Source: Macrostomum lignano (lineage: Eukaryota). From it: a stretch of DNA of 64,000 nt. A program made the translations under genes and the position numbers. How positions within the stretch are numbered: the first letter of the stretch is position 1; each line of letters begins with the position of its first letter. Below the pieces are notes generated by a model. It saw only the letters and a program-made list of their open reading frames with translations, was not told the DNA's origin and did not search any database. The stretch spans positions 143,891 through 207,890 of the forward strand of contig NIVC01000411.1 of the NCBI GenBank assembly GCA_002269645.1. Direction: 5' to 3'. Positions 25,331-38,478 of this stretch are shown one piece after another.

Positions 25331-26692
25331 GAATTTGGAGAGGACTTGGATGCTGGGATTTGGGTTTTGATATTCAGCTGATAGAGTTTAAGAAATGGAA
25401 TTCTGGCAATAGAAGCTCTTCTTCTTTCTCCTCCAAAAGAGAAGTTCTACTCATTTATACTATAATTGCTTCAGACCTAAGGCTAAAAGTTTGTTTTTTT
25501 TTAAATAAAAATATTCATGACAACATTTAAGCCACTATAGCTATAGGCTTATTGACATAGAATGCTTATAAAAATATTTAATTTTTTATTATTCTTGGCT
25601 TAGGTCCCCTATTGTCTATTGATTTTTATGACCTTGACTTATTGAGATACTATCATATATAATATTTAAATTATAATAATTGCTTATAAAACATGGCTAT
25701 GTCTAACTTAGTAGAATGCATTACAATAATACTTCTATGTGCTTAAAGATATAAAAGTCTTAAAGTTTTCCTAGGCCTAACATTATTGATTCTATTTAGG
25801 ACTAATTTCATTTCTTGATTCCACTTGATTCCATTTTTTCATCATATTTTTATTTCTATTTTATTTTGCTTTACTGATACTTTACTAATGCTTTAAGATG
25901 GCTACTATCTCTTCAACATTAAAACTGATTTTTATGTTAGGGACAACCTAATATAGCCTATTGAGCCTAAGCCTATTCTATAATATTATATTGATTTTTT
26001 CTTGTATCTACCTGTATTATTGATAGTTATGCAATGAGTCTCCTTTGAAAAAAAATGGTAGCTTTATCAACCTTGCCTAAAAATTGTCATTAACACTTTT
26101 ATTATAAAATTTTTAATTGTCAAGTGGATGTCCCATTTTAAGACTAGGCAACAACATGCCAACGTTACACTCTAAAGATGGACCTTTATTGACTTATCCA
26201 AAATAAGTTAAATTAAAGTTATTTTTTAAATAAATCTTTCCACTTTCTAGCATATTACATTCATTATGGTTTTGTAAAATAACTACAAAATGTGTTTGTC
26301 ATGAGCCACAAATGGCCAAAAATGGGGGATGGGGTTAGAACACATGACTTTGGGCTGTATTTCTCAAAAAGACAACTCTTAATTGGAGTCGCAGATACTA
26401 GAATAACTAGATGGGCCACTCAGCACATTTGCGTGTAAGCTACTTTCAGTTCAGTAGTAAGTTGAAAAGAAGCATTTTAATGTATTTTTAAAGCCAAGGC
26501 TCATTTATTGGCTCTTAACCCCCAGCTTAAACCCTCAAACCGTGCTTATCTGTGGTCAGAGTCAAAAGCATCATAGTAAAATATATAGTAGGACTCTGCT
26601 CTAATAGTTCTACTTATAGTAGTACGAGTACACAGGACCAGGATTAAGTACAAAACTCATGAACACTTCAGTGCAAGTGAGCGTGCAAAGAA

Positions 26693-29525
26693 ATGCAACA
26701 GCAGCAGCAGCCAGCAGCGAAGGAGCTGCACTCCAACCAGCTGGCCATGCAGGTTGTCAGGCGCCTCTCTAAGCGGCTGCAAAAGCGCCAGCAGGCCGAG
26801 TCTGGCGCCACCGCCGCCGATCTCATCCAGATGGTTCGCCGCGAGGCCGTGGCCTGCGCCGGCCGCGATCCCGTCGACGCCGTGTCGCAGAACGCCTGCC
26901 GTCGGGTGCTGAAAATCCTTCGCGAGGAGGCCGTGCACAGCCTGGGCGCCTCGGCCCAGCTGCTCAGCTCTCTGCAGAATAATCTGTTTAGCGAGCGGCC
27001 CATCGACTACAGCCAGGTGATTGTTGGCTTCGGCTTTCGTATCTGTCTGTGTCTGCTGTGTCTGTCTGTGTCTGCTGGCTGGCTGTCTGTCTGTGTCTGC
27101 TGTCTGTCTGTGTCTGCTGGCTGTCTGTGTCTGCTGGCTGGCTGTCTGTCTGTGTCTGCTGGCTGCCTGTGTCTGCTGGCTGGCTGTCTGCTGGCTGGCT
27201 GTCTGTCTGTCATTCTGTCTGCCTACCTGTCTGTCTTTCTGCCTGTCTGTCTGCTGGCTGGCTGTCTGTCTGTCATTCTGTCTGCCTACCTGTCTGTCTT
27301 TCTGCCTGTCTGTGTGCTGTCTGTCTGTCATTCTGTCTGCCTGTCTGTCTTTCTGCCTGTCTGTGTGCTGTCTGTCTTTCTGACTGTCTGTGTGCTGTCC
27401 TTCTGTGTGTCTGTCATCCGTCTGTGTCTGGCCTTTCTGCCCCTTTTAAGCAAAATCTGTCTACATAGAGCTCTGTGCTCTATGTATAGATTTGTTGCTG
27501 TCATTTTATGCCCATTAGTCGCGTATTGTATATTGCACCTTTGTTTTGAATATACAAGTAAGCCTATAGCTGTTGATTTAATCACTTCCTAGATCTGTGC
27601 ATTTTAATGTTTCTCTCAATTTAGGTGAAAGCCGACAGTCTTCGTGATGCCGTTTCTGCCGCCATCAAAGAGCTGTCGCTGGAGCTCGAGACCAGTCTGG
27701 ACGATCTGCGCAGCCACGGCGCCGCCCACATCGGCGAGAACGAGGTGGTGCTCACGCTGGGCTACTCGCACTCAGTTGCCAGGGTGCTGCAGACAGCGGC
27801 TGCTACTCGCAAATTTCAAGTGATTGTGTGCGACTCCGGGCCCAACTTCTCCGGCTCTCGGATGCTGCAGCTGCTCAAAACTGTGCCGCAGGTGTGTGTT
27901 TCTTGGAAACTGAGCGCAACCCTTTCTAAACATCAGATCTCAAATCATGCCAACCCCTCCGTAGATGCCGCACCCTCACTAGATGCCACACCCTCACTAG
28001 TGCCACACCCTCACTAGATGCCACACCCTCACTAGTGCCACACCCTCACTAGATGCCACACCCTCACTAGTGCCACACCCTCACTAGTGCCACACCCTCA
28101 CTAGATGCCACACCCTCACTAGTGCCACACCCTCCCTAGATGCCACACCCTCCCTAGATGCCGCACCCTCCCTAGATGCCACACCCTCACTAGTGCCACA
28201 CCCTCACTAGATGCCACACCCTCACTAGTGCCACACCCTCACTAGATGCCACACCCTCACTAGTGCCACACCCTCACTAGATGCCACACCCTCACTAGTG
28301 CCACACCCTCACTAGTGCCACACCCTCACTAGATGCCACACCCTCACTAGTGCCACACCCTCCCTAGATGCCACACCCTCCCTAGATGCCGCACCCTCCC
28401 TAGATGCCACCCCCTCCCTAGATGCCGCACCCTCCCTAGATGCCACACCCTCCCTAGATGCCGCACCCTCCCTAGATGCCACCCCCTCCCTAGATGCCGC
28501 ACCCTCCCTAGATGCCACACCCTCCCTAGATGCTGCACCCTCACTAGATGCCGCACCCTCCCAAGATGCCACACCCTCCCTAGATGCCACATTCTCCCTA
28601 GATGCCACATCCTCCCCAGATGCCACACCCTCCCTAGATGCCACCCTCCCTAGATGCCACCCTCCCTAGATGCCACCCTCCCTAGATGCCACACCCTCCC
28701 CAGATGCCACACTCTCTATATGCCACACCCTCCCTAGTGCTACATTTTCTTTAGATCCCACACCCCCAGATGTCACTCTCCCCAGATCCCATATCCCCCT
28801 CAGATCCCACACCCCCAGATGCCACACCCCCAGATGCCATATCCCCCTCAGGTCCCACACCCCCAGATCCCATATCCCCATCAGATGCCATATCCCCCTC
28901 AGATCCCACACCCCCAGATCCCATATCCCCATCAGATGCCATATCCCCCTCAGATCCCACACCCCCAGATGCCATATCCCCCTCAGATCCCACACCCCCA
29001 GATGCCACACATTCCTGGCATCCTTTCCGTGGTTACTATCGCCAGATCAATCTCAAACTCACCCCCTCCCAGATCGACGCCAGCCTGATCACTGACGCGC
29101 ACGCATTCGCTGTCATGTCCCGAGTGCACCGCTGCCTGCTCTCCGCCCAGACGGTGTTCGCCGACGGCGGCCTCAGGGCCGAGTGCGGCACCCACGGTCT
29201 CCTGCTGGCGGCCAAGCGCCACTCCGTGCCCGTGCTGGTCTGCACGCCCGCGCACAAGCTCGCCCCCGCATATCACAGCGTTGAACGGGCCAACGTCTAT
29301 CTGAACCCGGCCTGCCTGCTGGAGGAGAATCTGTCCTTTGCCGAGGTGCACTGTCCCAAGTATGACCTGGTGCCGCCCGGCCTTGTGACCTTGTTTGTCA
29401 CCAACCTGGGCGGCTTGGCACCCGCGCATCTGCACCGCTGCCTGGCTGAGCAGTACCATCAGGATGACTATAGCATTGATGCTGGGGAAGCTGATGGGGA
29501 TGCGGGTGTGCTTGATGACGAGTGA
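26693..29525 (+). CDS. EIF2B2: Translation initiation factor eIF2B subunit beta (~347 aa, 3 exons)
   Basis: Exons 26693-27016, 27625-27891, 29073-29525, all phase 0. Motifs NACRRVLKILREE, HIGENEVVLTLGYS, AFAVMSRV, DGGLRA..GT, VPVLVC...KL, DLVPP.LVTLFVTNLGG.AP, EQYH.DD. Confidence 0.92.
27040..27425. repeat. (ctgt)/(ctgg)-rich microsatellite mosaic, EIF2B2 intron 1
   Basis: Direct. Confidence 0.9.
27960..29010. repeat. 17/18-bp minisatellite (ccacaccctcactag(a)tg) grading into a cagatccc-type repeat, EIF2B2 intron 2
   Basis: Direct. Confidence 0.9.
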
Positions 29526-30520
29526 GGCTGGGATAGCACTGATGCTGGGGAAGCTGATGGGGATGCGGGTGTGCTTGATGAGGAGTGAGGCTGGGATAGC
29601 ATTGATGCTGGGGAAGCTGATGGGGATGCGGGTGTGCTTGATGACGAGTGAGGCTGGGATAGCACTGATGCTGGGGAAGCTGATGGGGATGCGGGTGTGC
29701 TTGATGAGGAGTGAGGCTGGGATAGCATTGATGCTGGGGAAGCTGATGGGGATGCGGGTGTGCTTGATGACGAGTGAGGCTGGGATAGCACTGATGCTGG
29801 GGAAGCTGATGGGGATGCGGGTGTGCTTGATGAGGAGTGAGGCTGGGATAGCACTGATGCTGGGGAAGCTGATGGGGATGCGAGTGTGCTTGATGAGGAG
29901 TGAGGCTGGGATAGCATTGATGCTGGGGAAGCTGATGGGGATGCGAGTGTGCTTGATGAGGAGTGAGGCTGGGATAGCATTGATGCTGGGGAAGCTGATG
30001 GGGATGCGGGTGTGCTTGATGACGAGTGAGGCTGGGATAGCACTGATGCTGGGGAAGCTGATGGGGATGCGGGTGTGCTTGATGAGGAGTGAGGCTGGGA
30101 TAGCATTGATGCTGGGGAAGCTGATGGGGATGCGGGTGTGCTTGATGACGAGTGAGGCTGGGATAGCACTGATGCTGGGGAAGCTGATGGGGATGCGGGT
30201 GTGCTTGATGAGGAGTGAGGCTGGGATAGCACTGATGCTGGGGAAGCTGATGGGGATGCGGGTGTGCTTGATGAGGAGTGAGGCTGGGATAGCATTGATG
30301 CTGGGGAAGCTGATGGGGATGCGAGTGTGCTTGATGAGGAGTGAGGCTGGGATAGCATTGATGCTGGGGAAGCTGATGGGGATGCGAGTGTGCTTGATGA
30401 CGAGTGAGGCTGGGATAGCACTGATGCTGGGGAAGCTGATGGGGATGCGGGTGCCTTTGATGAGGAGTGAGGCTGGGGTGGCATTAATGAGGAGTGAGGT
30501 TGGGGAAGGAATTGATGAGG
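29468..30520. repeat. 63-bp minisatellite overlapping the EIF2B2 C-terminus and 3' UTR
   Basis: About 16 units of gatagcattgatgctggggaagctgatggggatgcgggtgtgcttgatga(c/g)gagtgaggctgg. Confidence 0.95.
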
Positions 30521-31069
30521 AGTGATGCTGGGGAAGGCATAATGAGAAGTGAGGCTGGGGAAGGCAGCTGATGTGAGGATTTCTGAAGTTGCCCATGAGG
30601 CTACTATCAGTAGTAAGCGTTTAGAAATTCTATATATTCAGTGTTTTGTTTGATTAAATTGCATATTAATTGTTTATTGATGTTGTGACTGCAGACTGCT
30701 TTAAAATTATTGTATAGCAGTATTTAGTCAGGCCTATGAGGTTATGTTTATCAAATAAATCGTGACCAAGTTTAGTATGATGGAGTGTGTTATTAATGAA
30801 GTTGATTGTATTGGGTGAAAAAAGTTAGAAAAGTTTTTTTCAAGTTTTTTATATTAGTTGGATTTTACATGACAGACTTTAATATAGCACTCATTTTGTC
30901 AATTTCAGCGAATGCTCTAGCTCACAAAGCTTCATTAATATAGAAGCTTTAAAACAGAGAGTTTAAGCTTTCAACATGATGCCTCCAGCGCCAAATATGA
31001 TGCCCTGATTGCAAAAGCAGCTTTCTGCTTTGTTGTCTAAGCTGATTAGAACTCGAACTCTGCTTTTTA

Positions 31070-34000
31070 ATGTCGTTCACTTGTCGCCTATGCTTGCTGC
31101 GGCAGCCACTAGCGGCTCCAGCCGCCGCTTCAATGCATCGCTTGTTGTTGTCGTCTTTGTCCGGCCAGCCTCGGCGTCTTCTGTCCGGGACACCGTCCTC
31201 TTCAGAGCCGGGCTCTGGCGGCGGCGGAGTTGACGCGAAGCCAACTGTGAAGGTTGTGCCGAGAATTAAAACAGATATTAAGTGAGCGGCGCTTCTTTTT
31301 TAGTCAACCGAGTTTCTCTCTGGACTAGAGTGTGCTTTTGTGCATTGTGCTGAATAGGGTTCGCCCCAGCTTCCGGCTCTCCATCAATGCTCGCAACATG
31401 CCTGAAGCAGCGGAATTTCCTTCTCTTGATCAGATTTCCTTCTCTTTCCAGGAAATGCGTAGCTGTCTTAGAGGCCGGTGGCACTATGCAGTCTATTGAA
31501 TGGCGTACTAACCGCTGCCAGTGCTGCTTAACTGGCAAATTTAGTTAGTTTAGCCAGTTTGTAAATTTGTGTAACTCATAGATGAGCCAAAACATCATTC
31601 ATTTAAATAATATACACTAAAATTTACTTCACATTCTTTTCTTGCTACTCGTTAGTAGTCCATCCCTAATATTTGTCAACTTTTTCGATGCCCGCCCTAA
31701 CAGATACGACGGATCCGTAAAGTCCATGCACTTCATCACCCCTCTGCGGGCGATGCGCGAATACGTGCTGGAATTCTCCGACTTGGACAAGCTCACTAAG
31801 TACTCCAGTCGAAGCCCCTATTCGCACAATGTACGCATCGAGCTGTACAATAGAGCTGATATTGAAGCCCTGGCCTACGCCAAACACGGCGGTAAGGATT
31901 CTCTGGACCGACTGCGCGAACGCCTCTCCAGGCAGCAGCTGGAGGAGCGGACGAACTTGTTTAATATTAAGAAAGCGCTTAAGAAACTGCACGGCCAGAG
32001 CACTATGGAGCAGGAGCGGATGGAGGAGTGAGTTGTGCTGGTGATAAATGTTCGGGAAATTCTGTCCTTCATGTACATAGACACCGATCCACTCCGCTAT
32101 CAGGATCCCTTTGCTTCTGCGTACATTAGGCACCAACCCCACATCGCAACCTAGATTCCCTTCCCTCTATGTACATTCAACACCAACCCCACTCCGCAAT
32201 CTGGATTCTCTTCCCTTCTGTGTACATTCAACACCAACCCCACTCCACAATCTGGATTCCCTTCCCTCCGTGTACATTAGACACCAACCCCACTCCGCAA
32301 TCTGGATTCCCTTCCCTTCTGTGTACATTCAGCACCAACCCCACTCCGCAATCTGGATTCTCTTCCCTCCCTCTGTGTACATTAGACACCAACCCCACTC
32401 CATCTGCTATCCAGCTAATCCTAAACTAAGCCCTCCCATATCCACCTATGCAGGTACAATGCCCGCCTAGACCGGCCCAGCGAGAGCCTGGTCCAGTCCA
32501 AGGCTGGCCGAATCGTGCTAACAGCCGTGGCCATCAACGCGGCCAATGCTGGCATCAAAGCGGTGGCCTGGTGGTTCACGGGATCGCACAGCATGCTAGG
32601 CGAGACTGTGCACTCGCTAGCCGACACGCTCAATCAGATCATTCTGGCATTCGGTCTGCACCAATCGCTGCAACGCCCAGACGAGACGCATCCGTACGGT
32701 TACGCACCGTTGCGCAACGTGTCCTCGCTAATTAGCGGCGTTGGCATATTCTTCTGCGGCGCTGTGGTGGCCTGGTACGAGGGCATGCGCGGCCTCAGCG
32801 GCGCTGCCGACGGGCCGCACAATCTGTACTGGGCCATGGTCATCATGGGCGGCTCCCTGCTGTCCGAAGGCGCCACGCTGATTATGGCGCTGAGACACGC
32901 GCAGCAGGAGGCGGCTAGGATGAAAATCAGCTTGCGGCAGTTCGTTGTGGCAGGCTACGATCCGTCTACTAATGTGGTGCTGATGGAGGATCTGGCCGCG
33001 GTTGCCGGGGTCACCGTTGCCACCGTTGGCATGGGACTGAGCGCCTGGACTGGGCACGCCTATCCCGACGCTGCCGGGGCCGTTGTGATTGGCTGCCTGC
33101 TGGCTGGGGTGGCCGGCTTCATTGTGCGGACTAATGCTCAGGTTGGTCTGGCTTGAGTTCTTGGGTGTTCAGTGCTGTGTCTGTAGGTATTGGATGCTGT
33201 GTCTGGAGGAATTGGATGCTGTGTCTGGAGGCATTGGATGGTGTGTTTGTAGGTATTGGATGGTGTGTTTGTAGGTATTGAATGGTGTGTCTGTAGGTAT
33301 TGGATACTGTGTTTGTAGGTATTGAATACTGTGTCTGTAAGTATTGGATGGTGTGTCTGTAGGTATTGGATACTGTGTTTGTAGGTATTGGATGGTGAGT
33401 CTGTAGGTATTGGATGGTGAGTCTGTAGATATTGGATGGTGTGTCTGGACGTATTAGGTGCTGTGTCTGGTGGTATTGGATGGTGTGTCTGTAGGTATTG
33501 GATGCTGTGTCTGTAGGTATTGGATGCTGTGTCTGGGAAGTATTGGATGGTGTGTCTGTAGGTATTGGATGCTGTGTCTGTAGGTATTGGATGGTGAGTC
33601 TGTAGATATTGGATGGTGTGTCTGGACGTATTAGGTGCTGTGTCTGTAGGTATTGGATGCTGTGTCTGGGAAGTATTGGATGGTGTGTCTGTAGGTATTG
33701 AATGGTGTGTCTGTAGGTATTGGATGGTGTGTCTGTAGGTATTGGATGGTGTGTCTGTAGGTATTGGATACTGTGTCTGTAGGTATTGGATGCTGTGTCT
33801 GTAGGTATTGGATGGTGTGTCTGTAGGTATTGGATGCTGTGTCTGTAGGTATTGGATGGTGAGTCTGTAGATATTGGATGGTGTGTCTGGACGTATTAGG
33901 CGCTGTGTCTGGTGGTATTGGATGGTGTGTCTGTAGGTATTGGATGCTGTGTCTGTAGGTATTGGATGCTGTGTCTGGGAAGTATTGGATGGTGTGTCTG

Positions 34001-36012
34001 TAGGTATTGGATGCTGTGTCTGTAGGTATTGGATGGTGTGTCTGTAGGTATTGGGTGGTGTGTCTGTAGGTATTGGATGCTGTGTCTGTAGGTATTGGAT
34101 GCTGTGTCTGGGAAGTATTGGATGGTGTGTCTGTAGGTATTGGATGGTGTGTCTGTAGGTATTGGATGGTGTGTCTGTAGGTATTGGATGGTGTGTCTGT
34201 AGGTATTGGATGCTGTGTCTGTAGGTATTGGATGCTGTGTCTGGGAAGTATTGGATGGTGTGTCTGGGAAGTATTGGATGGTGTGTCTGTAGGTATTGGA
34301 TGGTGTGTCTGTAAGTATTGGATGGTGTGTCTGTAGGTATTGGATGGTGTGTCTGTAGGTATTGGATGGTGTGTCTGTAGGTATTGGATGGTGTGTCTGG
34401 ACGTATTAGGTGCTGTGTCTGGTGGTATTGGATGGTGTGTCTGTAGGTATTGAATGGTGAGTCTGTAGATATTGGATGGCGTGTCTGGACGTATTGGGTG
34501 CTGTGTCTGGTGGTATTGGATGCTGTGTCTGTAGGTATTGGATGCTGTGTCTGTAGGTATTGGATGCTGTGCCTGGGAAGTATTGGATGGTGTGTCTGGA
34601 GGTTGCTGAAATAGTGGTCTGGTTGTGTAAGAATTGTGCATATTTTTCTAAGGGCTGTTAAGATGCTGTATCTGGCCCTGGGAGCGTTGGATGATGCATT
34701 GATGTGTCCGGGAGTGTTAATGTTGTATCTGAATTTGCTGACACTGCTGATGGTAATAGCCGGTGCATTCAGCTCCTGAATGACAAATGCATGCAACATT
34801 TTTAAACTCACTACCCGGCAGGCTCTCATCGGCAAAAGTGTACCAGTACAACAGCGCGACGCGATGCTTCGCGTTATGGAACGGCACAAAGTAGTGCGCG
34901 GTGTCTACGACTGCAAAGCTACGGTGCTTGGCACCTCGGTTCGGCTTAAAGCAGAAGTTGATATTGACGGCGCTGTGCTCACCATGCGCTATTTGGAGAC
35001 TCAGCAGCCTGGCAAACTACTGCAGGTGAGTTTTGAGTCGGTATGGATTTTTATTTAGTGGGGGGTTGGTGTTGAGAGTGGTAAAGTTGCTCGGAGAAGG
35101 ACGAGGTCGTAAAGTGGGGTGGTGGGGCTGCGCGGGATGGAATGAAGTCGTAAAGTAGGGTGGTGGGGCTGTGCGGGGAGGAAGGAAGTTGCAAAGTGGG
35201 GTGGTGGGTCTGCGCAGAAAGAGACGAGGTCGTAAAGTAGGGTGGTGGGGCTGTGCGGGGAGGAAGGAAGTTGCAAAGTGGGGTGGTGGGTCTGCGAAGA
35301 AAGAGACGAGGTCGTAAAGTGGGGTGGTGGGCTACGCGGGATGGAATGAAGTCGCAAAGTGGGGTGGTGGGGATGCGCGGGAAGGAATGAAGTCGCAAAG
35401 TGGGGTGGTGGGGCTGCGCGGGGAGGAATGAAGTCGCAAAGTGGGATGGTGGGGCTGCGCGGGATGGAATGAAATCGCAAAGTGGGGTGGTGGGGCTGTG
35501 CGGGGAGGAATGAAGTCGCAAAGTGGGATGGTAGGGCTGCGCGGGATGGAATGAAATCGCAAAGTGGGGTGGTGGGGCTGTGCGGGGAGGAAGGAAGTTG
35601 CAAAGTTGGGTGGTGGGGCTGCGCGGAAAGAGACGAGGTCGTAAAGTGGGGTGGTGGGGCTGCGCGGGATGGAATGAAGTCGCAAAGTGGGGTGGGTGGT
35701 GGGGCTGCGCGGGATGGAATACTCGTAAAGTCGCAAAGTGGGTAGGTGGGTCTGCGTGGAAAGAGACGAAGTCGTAAAGTGGGGTGGTGATGCTGCGCAC
35801 AGAGGGAGGTTGCAAGGTGGTTGCATATAAACCCCCTTATTACCAATCCACAGGAAATCAAGGCAATCGAGACAGAACAACAGGCATTGAAATTCTTAAT
35901 GAAGCACGGCGAGAATATTACTAACATTCTTGGCGCCGAGATTAATGAAATTGAGGCTAGCATTAAGAAAGAATTTCCAGAAGTGAAGCACATCGACCTT
36001 GAGATCAATTGA
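31070..36012 (+). CDS. SLC30A9: Zinc transporter 9 / SLC30A9 (mitochondrial CDF protein, ~528 aa, 5 exons)
   Basis: Exons 31070-31281, 31704-32027, 32454-33141, 34822-35025, 35854-36012 (phases 2,2,0,0). Arg/Leu/Ser-rich presequence; FITPLRAMREY..SDL..RSPY domain; TGSHSMLGETVHSLADT.NQ; HPYGY..SLISGVGIF; VLMEDLAAV; KAEVDIDG; MKHGENI..LGAE..KHIDLEI. Confidence 0.95.
32125..32400. repeat. ~57-bp minisatellite, SLC30A9 intron 2
   Basis: caccaaccccactccgcaatctggatt...tgtacatt x ~5. Confidence 0.85.
33165..34600. repeat. 22-bp minisatellite (gtattggatggtgtgtctgtag)n, SLC30A9 intron 3
   Basis: About 60 units with variants. Confidence 0.95.
35090..35800. repeat. G-rich ~40-45-bp minisatellite, SLC30A9 intron 4
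   Basis: gtcgcaaagtggggtggtggggctgcgcggga... units. Confidence 0.9.
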
Positions 36013-38478
36013 TGCCTTGTGTTTGTTCCTGCAATTCTGCGTTAATTAGAGTACAGACGCTGCGAATATGTCTCTGATTATCTAATTAAAGCTAACTGGA
36101 TCTATGTGATTAGCAAAATTGCGATTATTAAATAGCAGTGAAAAATTAGTGTACAATTCTGTTGCTTGTTTTGTTTGCTCGCTTGCGCCTTTCCTCCACG
36201 CCTTTTTTCAGTCTTGAATTGCTCACCTTGAGTCGCGTATTGTACTCGCATGCCTGTAAATATTATATGCTACTGCGATGTGACAGTAAAAACATGCGAT
36301 CTGTATTAATTTTTTTTGCATTAGCATATAAACAAATATGTGTCATGATTGTAATGTTTAAAAAATCAACTCAATTCTGTCCTGGCAAACCTGTTAAGCT
36401 TACAACTCAGTAATTCATTTCTGAATATAGTTGTTGACAAGCAGGACGTTAATAACAGTGCTCATGGACAGTTGCAGTGCTCTTAACTTCGCAATGTACT
36501 TTCGTATCACTCTGGTTTTTTGTTGTATTGTACTTTATTTGTGAAGTCCTTTATGTGTACAAAATTAATATAATAAATTGAAAGCGCAGTCAAGGAGGCT
36601 TCATTTATGTATGAAACTGTAGAAGAGCTTATTAATTCACTAACGCCTATATAAAAAGACGTAAAATATCTTTATTGTTTTATAATTGATTTTTGCTTTA
36701 ATGTTTTAGTGGAGAAATTCTAAATCTGCTACTTAAAAAAACTTGTACTGGGTTACTCTGGGTGTTTTCGAGCTTTCTGAGAAAAAGAGAACCATAAAAC
36801 TACGTCTATGCGTATTAGGAGGAGCACGTTAGCTAAGCACTTCATACATTGCGCATGTGCGGAGCTGACAACATTTGCATGTACATTGGCCCTTCGGCTG
36901 AATGTGTGGCATGGTACGAGCTACTATACTGATAACCACTAAAAACCGGCCTTGCAATATCTATCTCGTTAGCTTTGCTCCTGAGTAATTGACATTGACA
37001 TTACGGCAGAGGTAGGCACAAGGATCACTAGAAGTTATCATTGAATACTATTGCATACTTTAAATAGTGAGCATTGAATAGTCAAGGACAGCATTTCCGT
37101 ATTTTAAATATCAAAATATTTTTAATGCAGTAAAAAAGTGCGTGTTCATGGAATGGTACGGTCATGGATTTAGATATTATAGGACACTTACTTTTACCTG
37201 ATAGCCTGATACTGATACTAGCCTAACCTGATACTTTTACAAAATGCGTTCTTGGTATCAACGACTTGTTCTCGAGTAAGCTTTTTCGTGTCGCTCGTAG
37301 TTTTATAGGAAACACCGGAATTTTAAGTGATTTTATCAAAATGACAACTTAAGTGTGCTGAAAGTTTTTTATAAGCTAAAATTAAAACCTAAGTGTTTTA
37401 ATAAGCGTTGTTTCTCCAGTTTTTCGCTTTAGGATTCAAATACGCAGTACAACATTGCAATGTTGATGCTTGGATACAGTTTCAAGCAGTATGACTGATT
37501 TAAGGTGATCGATTGAGTTTGTCGTTAGTCATTTACTCAATTGCTTCATTTGCTCATCAGAAATGCGCCACAGACAGACTAGATAAAAGCTTTAAAAGAT
37601 TATTAATACATTATGGGTAAGCTATGTAAAATTTTAAGACTTTATATTTATCTTATCTATCTGCTTTTTTGTACCATTTTTGTACAATATATATTAGCTA
37701 TATTTTCAGATTGGAATGCATATAAACAAGTGACATAACCTTCAATAAAACTTAAAAGGTCTATTTAGGAAAAAATTCTATTAATTCAAAATTTTTTCGT
37801 CATTTTCCTGTAAAACTGAGCTTTTCTGTGTATTCAGTATATGCAGACTGCAGTATTCTAGTACTAAATATATTTACCTAAAAGGACTATGAGACTATGA
37901 GCTACTTCTAAGTTCTACTATCTTGCATATAATTTTAAAAAAGCCTAAAGTTTTTCCAACAGAATTTCACAAAGATTGCAGCCATATATGCGTTTTTGCA
38001 CATTATTTTGTTCTATTAATAATACTAGCTACAGTCAGGATATTATTATTATTATTATTATCATTAGCTTGTAATATGCTTATTTCTTACTTATTTTTTT
38101 GTGATTGTATAATTTGGATCTCTTTCTGCCTTCAGGAAAAAGTTCAAGAGATTTTTACACTTGATCATGTCATTTTTTAGAAACAAAAAGTTGCTCATCA
38201 AATATTTAATGTATAGCTAATATTAATAGTTCTATTTGATAATGCCTTGAAATTTAGCATTTATGAGCAAAGTATATATGGTATTACTAATAAATTGTTA
38301 TATAGAATATTATCAGTCAAATATAATTGTTCATGATATCTACATGTATAGTGTAAATGATTTAAAAAATTTGTGACAAATGATTTTTCTATATTTAAGG
38401 CAGAGATAATTAATTATAAAAAACTGTCAGTGTCAATTTTCTTTAAGTCAGATTGAATAAATCCTCAGCAGGAAACAC

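Noticed and set aside
29523-30500. Selenocysteine recoding of the in-frame UGAs
   Set aside because: No SECIS recognised, eIF2B beta is not a known selenoprotein, and the periodic UGA is explained by repeat amplification
36820-36960. Possible structured ncRNA (hairpin with a C-UUCG-G loop near 36880-36905)
   Set aside because: Stem is short and imperfect, and no tRNA, snRNA or SL RNA hallmarks were recognised
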